From: Utricularia gibba
Lineage: Eukaryota; Plantae; Magnoliophyta
Assembly (NCBI GenBank): GCA_002189035.1
Contig: NEEC01000010.1
Span: 1,798,001-1,862,000, forward strand
Length of the DNA stretch: 64,000 nt
Reading direction: 5' to 3'
Below the pieces are notes generated by a model that saw only the letters and a list, made by a program, of their open reading frames with translations, was not told the DNA's origin and did not search any database. Each line of letters begins with the position of its first letter. The stretch's first letter is position 1. Position numbers and translations under genes: made by a program. This document shows positions 11,223 to 22,828 of the stretch, piece after piece.

Positions 11223-13659
11223 ACTCACACTGTACGTATTATGCTACTTCTTATTCTATTCCTGTAAGGGGTTCATTCAAAGAAGCCGAACGCGAGAGAG
11301 CGCGAGGACGAGTCCATTATAAGGGCATGTAGATCATGTACGCGGAGAAAAGTAACCATGGTTTGGTTAAAGTTTGTTCCCAGGGCATGCCTGGTTTGGT
11401 GTCACTCTTTCTTTTATTACTATATGTACAAAAGTCGGGAATCATAGTGTTCCGCTGTAAAGCAGAAATGAAGCATGGACCGGTCCAACACCGATTACGC
11501 CTGCACTCAACTTCTAATTGCTCCCTACTTCTGAACCTCAGAACCAGAACACATCAGCACGTAGCAGATGCATCAACCTGATGCTTCAAGAACCGAGTTT
11601 TAGAAAGGGATCACAAGGTGACTACTCAGATCGTCATTTCTGCAAGCATTTTTTAGATAAAGGAAGGAAGTTTTGCGTGATAGTGGGTGCTTTTCTGGAT
11701 ACCCTTATCTGATAAAGAAAAAGGGAAGAAGAACGCGGCTACTTGGTGTTGGGTTGAAACCAAGGTGTGTGGTGTGGGCTGAGGCCGAGGGGAAAGGAGA
11801 GGGGGTTCGTGTGTTCCACTGGCCTGGGTTTCATCGTTGCCTTGCAATGATTGGATCCCCTTTTTCTCAACTCCTCCTTTCTGCTCTTCTTTTGAGATAT
11901 TTGTGAAAAATATCTTTTCTAACATCATTAGAAGTATCAAGTAAACAAGATAGGTCTCCCATAATAGTGATCACATCAAATACAAGAAAGATGACAATCC
12001 AAGTGTTTTTGAGGCCTTATATGTACCTCAAAACCAGGTACAGATGCTGTTGAATCAGTATCCATAGAATATTATGTATCTGCTTTGAGCTGTCTGGATA
12101 CTGCGGCCTGCTCTTCCTTCCAAATAGGCTCCCAGGAACAAGACGATCAGAAACTACTCAACCTAAAATCCTGACACATGCTGAAGTCCTGGTGTTGCGT
12201 TCTTCTTAGTTAGTTCCTTGATTATCGTGATCCCTTTCAAGATGTCTGGGGTTTATCTACAGCACGCATGGTAGCTCTTTCCAAAAGAAAGCTAAGGTGA
12301 TCATGTCACAGCTTTGGTCTGTTTCCTATTCGGGTCTCCAGTTTTGGTCCACAGTGATCAAATCACTGTGCTGCGGTTGCTTTTAGCTCAATTTTCTACC
12401 GTTGAATGAAATGGATTCCACTTTCCCTTAAAAGGGGAAACTTTTCATATCAAAACGAAGGGTCCATGCATTATTGGCTGCCTAATGACTGAGCTCAAAA
12501 CCCTATTATCTGCAGTTACATCAGGGTCATTAGATCAGTAACTATGTCTGCTAAAGTACACTTGCTGTTAAAAAAAAAAGGACAGTCAAATCCCAATGCC
12601 GAGAAGATTGTGTAGATTGAGAAGAATGTGGTGCAGTAGCCTAACTTTGCACTACAAACGTAAAGGGATCTTCCATCCATACAGTCCTTGGAGGTGGGAG
12701 TCGAGCAGAGGCCAGTAGCTAGGCCCAGCTGCCTCTATCCAGCCCAACCTCTTTATAGCTCCTGGAAGAGACGTCCCTGCCCTGGATATTTTGATACCAG
12801 TCAAGGTCACCATTAACTAAGCTGGAGTTGGCTTCGACAGTGAGCTGAGCTTCATTATGAGTCCACGCAGCCCAACATTATCTGCAACATAGCAACTGTC
12901 AAACATCCATGTCTGCTGCAATTTGCACCATTTTCACCGGTTTCCCAGAGATCTGTTCCCTGTTCATGTCCAGTGCATCAGCTTGATTACGATGAGCACC
13001 AGGGTGTCTGTCTATTTTGATAGTGGTGTTGAATTTGAGAGAGAAAAAAGGAGGGTGGAACAGGAAAGGAAGGTATAAGTGTGCTGTGTAAATATGCTCT
13101 GGATTTGGTGTAGCATTAGGTGTCCATGTGCCTGATCGAAGCACCCCGCACACGGGATTGCATCTGCACCGCTGGTCCACTTTCCACCCCGAGCTGTGGA
13201 TGCTCACCATGGCCACAGAACACACACCACGTCTTGCTTGCACCATGAATACACGACGAAATGTTGGCTGAGTTCTTAATTAAAACACACCCACTAACTT
13301 ATTGTGTAAGCGGAAGCCACATACACTGAACATGGAGAAGAAGAATTCAATAGGGATTAGGTCCACTAGGTGAAATTTGGCCTAGTTGCCAACCAGCTAC
13401 TAATCATCATCGTCATCCCTAACTGTCTCCACCACTCAGGCTTCTGGTTTTTGTGGTTTACCGTAGACGGATTGTTTGATTTTTTTTTTTTTTTTGTGGG
13501 TTGTTTGAATTTGGGAGAGTGATAAGTTTAGCAAGGATTCTTTGATTGGGAAGAAGACGAGTGGAAACGAAACAAATGAAGGAATCAAAGAACTAATCTT
13601 CCTAAAGTCTTTGAACTAATAATCTGCAGGAATTGCTTGTAAAACAGAGATGGGAAGTG

Positions 13660-14295
13660 TCACGGGAATTCGGGTTTGGCCGGGAGCGCCAAGGTCAGGC
13701 GGGATCTCTTCGCCGGATGGGGGCTCTCCACTTCATCTTCATACACGGCAGGCAGCGCCGGCAGATTCAAATCGAAGTCGCGGCGGCTGATGATGGAGGA
13801 TCTCGCCCCCTCTGACGAAGCCGAATTGCTGTTGGCTGCGGGAGTGCCCTCATAGTGGCGGCGCTTGTGTCCCCCGAGCGCTTGACCGGTCGGGAAACAC
13901 TTGTGGCAAATAGAGCACTCATGGGTCTTCCCCGAATTCACCGTCGTCGATGGGGAAACGTCGGAACTCTCATCTCCAGCGACGAGTCTCCGGTGGCTGG
14001 CCTTATGCCCACCCAAAGCCTGATACGACGAAAACGCCTTGTCGCAGACAGAGCACTTGTAAACCAACGGTCGCTGCGGTGCCGGATCCACCTTCTTTTC
14101 AGCTTCCGGCCTGGAGCGAGCCAGCATAATCAGACAGAAGGCCAAATACTCCTCCTCCGTCAACTCGTGGCTCCGTTGACGCTTACTCCTCTTCCCCTTC
14201 CTCCACGACTCGAGGTACTGAAGCCCGGGGTCCGAAGTCTCCATCTTGAACACAGGCGATGGCGCAGTAGGGGAGCTCAAAGCATCGAGTGCCAT
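13660..14295 (-). CDS. ZAT10: ZAT10/STZ-like two-finger C2H2 zinc-finger repressor, intronless
   Basis: Two QALGGH fingers, basic KGKRSKR, L-box [13 protein letters not shown] and EAR motif FDLNLP. ATG at 14295 (MALDAL). Confidence 0.95.
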   Translation of the reverse strand: MALDALSSPTAPSPVFKMETSDPGLQYLESWRKGKRSKRQRSHELTEEEYLAFCLIMLARSRPEAEKKVDPAPQRPLVYKCSVCDKAFSSYQALGGHKASHRRLVAGDESSDVSPSTTVNSGKTHECSICHKCFPTGQALGGHKRRHYEGTPAANSNSASSEGARSSIISRRDFDLNLPALPAVYEDEVESPHPAKRSRLTLALPAKPEFP

Positions 14296-14573
14296 AGGAA
14301 CAATCAAGAGAGAAAGAAAAAAGTGATCTCCTTTTTCAGCTGTTGTGTGTGGAATGAGTTCGCTGAGTGTGGAGAGGGGGTATTTATGGACAGCCCCGAT
14401 GATGAGAAGGAAGTTGCGTGCAGAGTGCAAGGAAATCAGGAAAGGAGGCGGTTACTGCACCAGAGGGGCCAAGAAGCCTCAGTCCGAGTGGCGAAGCAGC
14501 AAAGCGTTGGCTGGGAAATATGAATATCTGGGTATTTTAATATTCAGAGTGCGGGCCAAGTGATATCTTATTC

Positions 14574-14650
14574 CCACGTCGACGCCGACTCCGACTCCGT
14601 CCAAGTCAAAGACGGCTCTTAACGCGGCCACTGGCCAGCCACTGGACAGA
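14574..14650 (-). promoter_or_regulatory. Stress cis-element cluster upstream of the ZAT10-like gene
   Basis: CCACGTC (ACGT core), two CCGAC (DRE-like), AGTCAA (W-box) and ACGCGG (CAMTA-type) within about 75 bp, about 280-350 bp upstream of the ATG. Motif match only. Confidence 0.45.
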
Positions 14651-15296
14651 GAGAAAGGAAGTCGAACGGAAGCTACACTCCATTTTCATCACCTGATTCC
14701 CGTTTTTATCATGTGCTCTTTTTCAAACTCCGCAATAGACGGTAAGAATTAGTGTGTTCCCACTGTGTTAGAATTCACTTCTTGATAGAAGAACCTCAAA
14801 TTACGACCGAGATTGTATTCAAACCGTAATTGTTTTGTGCATCTGAGTTTCTGGAATAACACACACACCCTCCTAAAGTTGACCCTTATTAGTATGAATC
14901 TTGATTTTCCCACGAGGGGCTAATTCTTTAGTGAATTTGAGTTTCACCGCATACTTTTCATGTGCCCCGCGGCTAGGGGGTTCATGGTTGACTGGGCTTG
15001 GTCTGGTTTGGTGGGTTACCGACTGTGTGGCGTCTGGTCTGATCAGTTGACCGGCGGATGCGTGTGCACACACACCCACACCGGCATGACGAAGTTGGAG
15101 CTCACAGTGAAGGTGTGTTTTTATTGGGGGAACTTTCTGGGAGCTTGTAGTCTGTGGGTTGTGGAGTTGGTGAGGCATGACTTTTTAGCACAGAACTTGG
15201 CCACTTTAGATAAGCAATGACTTCACTCTACTTTAGTGTTTTTAAAGACCGACTCCCAAATTGTTTTATACACTTAATTGCACACTCACCACGTCC

Positions 15297-15953
15297 ATGG
15301 CGACACAGTGATGATGGGCGGCTGGTGGCTTTAATTTCGGATACCGTGGGCTGAGAGGAATCGCGGTAACGTGTCGGAGTAGTGCCCCAACACGAGACGA
15401 CGAAGCTTATCCCAAACCAGATTGGGTTTCTCTTCCTTTTCGAAATTCAAGTTCAATCCAGTCTCCTGTTTGTCCACCCTGATTTCCGCCTCCTTTTTTC
15501 TTTAAAACAACTGGATGAGATAACGTGTCGTCCGGATAAGATCACACGGACCCTCACTGATAGCAGCACCGGTCGTAGGAGCAGATGTTCTGATCTGGGT
15601 GTGAGTAGAGGGGACGTCACCAGCCTCATCAAGCTGTGGTTTACAAAGACCTCAACTCACCCTGCAATAAGTATTTTTTCACGTGTAATAGTGATGACCC
15701 ACAACGTGTAAAACCACACACGATGTAACCAGAGTGTTTGGACAAGATGACTGCATTGCTTCTTACAAAAAGCGGCATGCTTTGGCATCATTAGAGTAAG
15801 ATGATTACGCGAGATTTGCACCATAGGTTACCTGTCTTTAGTTTTGTGCATTTGTCGGGAGGGTTCGCGAAACTGTATATGCGTTTGGATCAAGATGATG
15901 GAATTGAACAGCTCGGAGTGTCAGTAGCGCACTCACCATACGTACGGCAATGA
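15297..15953 (+). pseudogene. Possible decayed gene of unidentified family
   Basis: ATG at 15297 is followed by TGA TGA, then a transit-peptide-like stretch and a GT donor at 15426. Frame 15630-15953 is open for about 107 codons apart from TAA 15726 and TAG 15792. Confidence 0.3.
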
Positions 15954-16120
15954 AATCTGACAATTTTTAAATTGGATAACAAAAAAACTCGAACTTGACA
16001 ACTACCAATCGAATGCGCAGTGCACGGCGGCTTTTGCTGGCAAGGGGGTGGTTTGGGGACGCCGCCCGACAATTCTTTTCCTATTTTCCGTTATACCCTC
16101 TCCGCCGGGCCCGAAGGAAA

Positions 16121-18001
16121 ATGCTCGGCTTTCACAGCTTGAATCTCACGACGACGCCGGTCAGGGGTTTGGAGGGTAGAACCGTCTCATCGCATACCAG
16201 AAATGGCATTTCCGTCAAATCCATTTGCTCTCTCAACCCCAGCGCCTTCACTACAAGGTGCGACTCTTGGCCGATCTGCGGCAGCTCATCTGGTGGGGGA
16301 CTAGTGGCAGGAGAGCGACGTAGAATGAGTGTGGCGCATTTGGCTACCTCCGATGTCGGCGGTGTGGATGATCGCATCCGTCGGATCTCGTCCACGATCA
16401 GGGTCATACCCGATTTCCCCAAGCCTGGTAACGCCTCTGCGCTTCGATCTACCATTTTTTTTTTCTGGTTCACCTTCATGTTGTTAGGGGTGTATGATTT
16501 TCGTTGAAACTTTGGCAGGGATTATGTTTCAGGACATAACGACGCTGTTGCTTGATGCTCAGGCGTTCAAGGATAGCGTCGACTTGTTTGTCGAGCGGTA
16601 TAAGGGAAAAGATATCAATGTTGTTGCAGGTAAACACTTTTTTTTTTTTTTTTGAGTTTCCCCTTTCGCCAAATCTTAGATTTTTTCAATAAAAGTCAGT
16701 GTCTTGCACCGTGGGGATTCCTTATTCGCAGAGATATCGCGGCCTGATGTTGTTTCTTGCAGGTGTCGAGGCTAGAGGCTTCATCTTTGGTCCTCCAATT
16801 GCATTGGCTATCGGGGCAAAATTTGTCCCATTGAGAAAGCCCAAAAAATTGCCTGGTATTTCTTAGATGCTTGCTTGTCTTTTTTGTGTAAAGATTGCTA
16901 CTTTTTTAAAAAAATGTATAACTAGAGTTGGTATTGCTGAGGGCCAAGCTGCTTGTTTCAAATCTATTAATCTTTCCATCATTCATCTCCACATCATACT
17001 GAAGGTATTCATTTCTGCTATTCAAACAGGGGAAGTGATATCCGAAGAGTACTCCTTGGAGTATGGAACTGATGTGATGGAGATGCACGTTGGGGCTGTC
17101 CTGCCGGGGGAAAATGCACTTGTTGTGGATGATCTTATTGCTACTGGAGGCACACTTGGTGCTGCAATTCGCCTACTTGGTATGATGACATTACCATGTT
17201 GTAGTATGATACTACGCAATGCAATGATACTCTATCTTCACTGGCATCATCGATATATGATATTTTTGTATCCCCTGGCCGAATTTTTTGCTGTGGCTGC
17301 CCTACGCAGTGCCTTTCTTTAATTTTCAAACTAAGGGTCTGTTTGGTACAGCTCTAGCTTTAATAGAAATATTTCTAAAAGTGATCTTGGATAAAATATA
17401 TGTTGTTTCTGTTTCACATGAAGTTGAAATAATGAAACCCCTACTCCAAAAAAAACTAAAGTGTTTTTAGAATCACTTCTTTGAAGCTGTTTTTTGGAGT
17501 TGCATCAAACTGACACTTAAGTTGTTCACCTTCCATAACCATGTACATCATTGTTTTGATTTGGTGATTCTGTATACTTGTCACTTCATCATATTCCTGG
17601 AGACAGCATCAATGTTTTACTTATGCTAGCCTAGTGCAAGATTGGCATTTGCCTATTTTAGAGATGGGAAGTTTTGAAATTGCACCAAACTAACATTCCT
17701 ACCACCTGCTTGAACTACAACTGCAGAGCGCGTTGGAGCCAATGTGGTTGAGTGTGCCTGTGTCATCGAGTTACCTGAACTCAAGGTCAGTGTTTCAGAT
17801 TCCTCTCTTTTTTCCATGTTCCTTTTCACCCTGAAAGGTTGGCATACACCCATGCTTGCTGCACAAAATGTACCGTCTTGGGATCCATTTACTTCAAACA
17901 CTGCTGTGATGAATGCTTTGGTGATACCTCCCATCTTACTTGATCTCCAGGGCCGAGAAAAGCTGGCCGACAAGCCGCTGTTCGTTCTGGTGAGTTCGTG
18001 A
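16121..18001 (+). CDS. APT1: Adenine phosphoribosyltransferase; exons 16121-16427, 16519-16629, 16763-16855, 17030-17179, 17727-17785, 17951-18001
   Basis: [54 protein letters not shown], the PRPP motif [11 protein letters not shown] and [17 protein letters not shown]. Confidence 0.96.
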
Positions 18002-18754
18002 TGTGCCCAAGCTGTCTGTTTTGTTTCATGGATGAGTTCTTGTGCTAGTGCTGCTTTGTCTGTGTAATGGGTGAAGGAGAAGAAGGGGGCATTCCTGCAA
18101 GGAACATTTGACTTGCTTTTCCCCAAACCTTTGAGCCACTTGGTTCGCTTCTCCTCATCCTAGAAATAATGAGAGGACTGACTGAGACAACTCGCACCAT
18201 TCATAGGGCATGAAGGTTTTCCCATATATCTCTTCATTGTTTTTAAAATTGTCACCATTAATTTTTAATTTTTAATAAAAATAATGTGGTTAATTTTTAA
18301 TATATTGAATATATTTTAATTTTTACTATTTATTTAAATGATATAACTAATTTTTGTAAACAATATTTTATTTTTTATTATTATAAAATTATTCATAATT
18401 GATCTCCAATTTTTTAAATACATATGCCTATTAGGTAGAAATTAATTATTTAAATAAGAATTATTTGTTAATTGAATTTTTTTATTTAAATGAGTTGTAT
18501 TCTTTTATTTATTATGTATATATATATATATATGCATATTATTGGGCCTTTTACGCTTATTAGTTTTTGGGCCCAGTTAAGGGGCTGGTCCAAGGCTCTC
18601 TGACTTCCGGTGTCGTTCTCGGATCCCCTCATCGGAATCATCAAGCTTTTTGCAGGAAGCCTGGGTCTTGCCGTCTGTGGTTGCATATATTTTGGGTGCA
18701 AGATTCGGTTTTGTAAAGTTTAGCAGATAAGTTTTGACTAGTGAACTCGAGGAG

Positions 18755-21700
18755 ATGTCGAGTCAATCAAGTGGTGGATATCGCGCCGGTAATTCCCAGA
18801 AATTTCAAAAGAAATTTGTTCCTAAAAGTGATTCCCAGAAATATTCTTCAGACCAAACGCTTTCCGGCTCATTTTCTGCGGATAAGACCGGCGACGAAGG
18901 TAGACAGCAACCCCAGGTTGCCTTGACGACCAGAGTTACCGTCGGGGAAAATGACCAGATTAAGAAACATCCTTGGAAAGGTAGTTTTGTGGTTTATTTG
19001 CCTCAAGATGAGGCAGTGGCGGCTGGGCTTGGGCAGGAGGAGGGAGGGTTGGATCCTATAGAGTCGCAACGGGTTGTTGATTTGTCGAATAGGGAGTTGT
19101 CCCGGTTGCTGAAGTTGCATCCTAAAGATTTCTGGAGACAAGGTTTTAAAATTTAGGAGATTTTGCTTTGCTATGTGTGTTGAGCTTTGAATTGATAGCT
19201 ATTGCTTTAAAATTTTGAATTTGATTTCGTGCAGTTGTCACTCAGGAGTCATTACATTCTTTTGTTGAGACCTTTCTCAAGTTCAGAAGTAGGTGGTATG
19301 ATCTTCCTCATCGTCGGTGCAAAGGGAATGTGGCTGGAATAATTTTTGGTGAAATGGAGCTGACGCGGAGAGTCTTCATGCTCTTGTATCGCCTGTGGGT
19401 TTTGGTAGAGTTCTTTTTTTGTGATTTTAGCCTAAAATAAGATGTCAAAGAGTTATTTTTCTTTTATAGATCATCCAATCAGGATCCTGGAGCTAAGGCT
19501 TCTGATTCTCTGAATTCAAGGGATCATGGAGGTGTGGTGGTAATGCATTGGGACATTTTTTTTTTTTAATGTTTCGAGCGATTGGTGAATGGCGAACTAG
19601 GAAGGAACGCATTAGGGTTTGGGGAGGGTTTTTAACTCTGATAAAGCGTTCTTACTCTTGTCTAAAAACTGTTTGGGGAAACCATGGTTGCCTAATCCAT
19701 TTAGTAAGAAACAGTGGAAACGAGCTTGTGTCTTTCTATTATTGCTTGAAGTGTCACGCTTACACAAAAGTTATTCTATTTTGCCACTGCTAACTTTTTT
19801 GTTTATGAATTGTGCCTGAAGTGCTTTTACAAGACCTGAAATTGCTTGACTTGCCCAAACTTTTGGACATATGTGCCATATATGGCCATGAAAATGAAGA
19901 TCTGACCCGAAAACTTGTGAGTCACACAAATTCTGTCGTTCTATGTCTATGGGCACTGTTCAAAAATCTGTTGTTTATATAGAATATTTTTGTCAAATTT
20001 TATCTGTCTATTTTCCTAGGTCACGAATGCAATGAAATCACAACCCCATCTCCACAATGAGTTTCCTGTTGTACTTTCTCGCTTTGTATCTATTGTTGCG
20101 ACTATGAACCAGAGATGCAACTCAAGTTTGGAGGTCCATTTCTATTCCTACATTTCCTATTTTATGAAGCAGAGATGTAATTATTGTTTGCATTAATGAT
20201 TTTTTTTTTTCCATTTCGATCTTCCGAATGTGAAGTATATGATACGAATGCTGAACTAGCTGCTTTATGTATAGGTTTTGCTTAACTCCGGCGGCTACCA
20301 AGATCAAGGATCCAATCACCTTCATAATGATTATCTAGAGGTGGCATCATTGCCATTTTTATAGCATCCTTATTGCTCTTGTCTGCAAATCATTTCAATT
20401 TCTTTTAACCTCCTTGAGGTTGGAGTATTTTGTTGTTTGTATTAGTGATCCCCATTTGTACTCACAGATTATGGACTTCATAAATGATTCCATCATGTCA
20501 TTGGACGCATTTATTAATGCTTATAGGCTGGCAGCTGCTTTCTTCTGTTCCCCTATTGAAACAAGGTACAACAGAGTTTTTGTGAAACTGTGAATCTTAT
20601 TGTCTTTCATTATATCATTTAAGAATTCAAGAATATGATTATGTGTTGGATGATGTAATCGCGTATTTGTGGTGACAACAGAAAAGGCCATACTTCCCTT
20701 TATCTGTTATAATTTTTTGCTCCTTTTCATTGTTCATTTATTTTTCATGTTCAAATTTTGTAGACTAGTTATTGAGGTTTTTTTTTTTTTTTTTGTTACA
20801 GCAATGGGAATGAAGATTTTCTCACAACACTTGCTATGCTGTATGACTCGCTCTTGCCTTCTTTGTGGAGAGGCTTTCACCATATTGGGGCAGCAGACAA
20901 GGAAAGGGAGAACAATAAAGGTTTTCTTATAGACAGTTTTGGTAGCTTGAAGCTGTTATCAGTGCGTGTAGTGGATATTGGATGGAAGTTACTTTCTTTA
21001 TGCTATCTCAACACTGAGGAATTTGACACTAGTAGTTGTTCTCATACACCCTCAAAGATGTTTCCTGCCAATATAGAGGACCCTAATGTGAGAGCAGACA
21101 TCATAATTGAGACGATACGAAATCTTTCTGGAAATGCTGTACTTGCTTCTGGTCACGGAAGTCCATGTTCCTTTATTCAGGCAGTGGAAGAGAATCACAA
21201 GTTCATGGCTAAGATTAAGTTACTGTTGGAAACAGGTGACACTGATTTTTTATTTCTGGCCATGTTTTTTGTAAATGTTTCTCTTCTTTTTTTAGTTAAT
21301 TCCTGCAAATCCAAGATTTTGAACTGAAAAATCGAGCTAACTCATTATTTTGAGTTCCCAATCTTTGTTCTTTCTTATCCATGTAATCTTCTTGAGTGAG
21401 ACCGCAAACCTGTTTGATGGCTATTTCTGAAGACGCCATTTTCATTGTTCCTTTCTTGCTTATCTCTATGTCCATTTACGCTATTGAAACTATTTTGAAG
21501 GTTGGCTGGTGATGGACGATGAACAATACCAGTTCCTTTCTGCCATCCTTTTGACTCCTAAGCAAGATGATGTGATGCCGGGCATGTCTACTTCATTTCA
21601 AATGGAAAGCAACAAATCACAGATGGATGAGGATGCAGCTATCCTGGAGTCAAAAATCAGTCAAATAAGGGAACTGTTTCCAGATTATGGTAGAGGTTTC

Positions 21701-22591
21701 TTACAAGCTTGTCTTGAAGCTTATAATCATGATGCAGAGGACGTTATACAGAGGATCCTAGAGGGGACTCTTCACGAGGAACTGAAGTCTATGAATATCT
21801 CATCAGAGGAAGTTCCATCTAAATCTGCCCCCTCTTTACCCAAGCATGACAAGGGTAAGGGAAAGCTAGAGGATCTGGTGTCATTGCCTCCAGAAGTTTC
21901 AGCAGCACCCAAACCTGGAAATGCATCCGTCTCATCCTCATCATCTGTGGGAAGATTCATCCGCAAGAGCACCAATGATTCATTTCATTACGAAGCTCCC
22001 CAGGATGAAAGGGAATTAGCCAAAACTGCTGCTCTGATATCACAGCAGGAGTATGAAGACGAGTATGATGACTCCTTTGATGAACTGGGGTTGAGTGTTG
22101 GTGACACGGGGCTGGATGAGCCCGACACTCAACCACAAGTTGACTCTCGGACAGAGCGATGGTCAGGGACTGAAAACAGCTCAACCTCTGGCTCTGCAAA
22201 CTCAAAGTGGGGGTCACGCCGCAAACCCCAGTTCTATGTGAAGGATGGGAAGAATTACAGCTATAAAGTTGACGGAGCAGTTGCTGTGACTGATGTCAAT
22301 GAAGCGATGCTGGTTAACCAGGCACAAAGGGAGCTCATCCATGGCCTTGGACGTGGTGGAAACATTCCTCTTGGTGCCCTGAAAAAGATAACTGATTTGC
22401 AGGATATGCAATCTGATGGTCAGGAGACCCTCAGACAGGGAGGGCGAGGAACGGGGCGGGGCAGAGGATGGAAGGGTGGGAACTCGACAGAGGATCAAGA
22501 GGACGAAGAGAAAGAGGAGGAAGGGGAAATTACAGGGGAGGAGGCAGAAGAGGCAGGGGAAGAAACAACTACAGAAGAGACAGAGGCATGA
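18755..22591 (+). CDS. CUE-domain, ASCC2-like (activating signal cointegrator 1 complex subunit 2 homolog) protein; about 9 exons
   Basis: YLPQDEAVAAGLG.EEGGLDPIESQRVVDL, LLDLPKLLDICAIYGHENEDLTR, CUE domain ISQIRELFPDYGRGFLQACLEAYNHDAEDVIQRILEG, EYEDEYDDSFD and QFYVKDGKNYSYKV. The exons splice in frame. Confidence 0.9.
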
Positions 22592-22828
22592 GTAAGCATC
22601 TAGCTGGTTTGCCTGGCCATTACACATGAAGAGAAGAGAAGAAAAGATAGATGTTGATGGCCATAATAAAAATTTTGATGTCAAAACGGGGATATTATAC
22701 ATATTGTATCCATCATTTTAAATAAGATTCAAATGGAAAACAAAAATAAGGAAATAACATGCAATGTGGCTTCTTCATCCAAAGCAAATATCTCTGATGT
22801 ATCCCATGGAGATATATGTTTGATGGGT

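Noticed and set aside
13855-14523. 222-aa plus-strand ORF
   Set aside because: It is the antisense shadow of the GC-rich ZAT10-like coding sequence and has no independent motifs.
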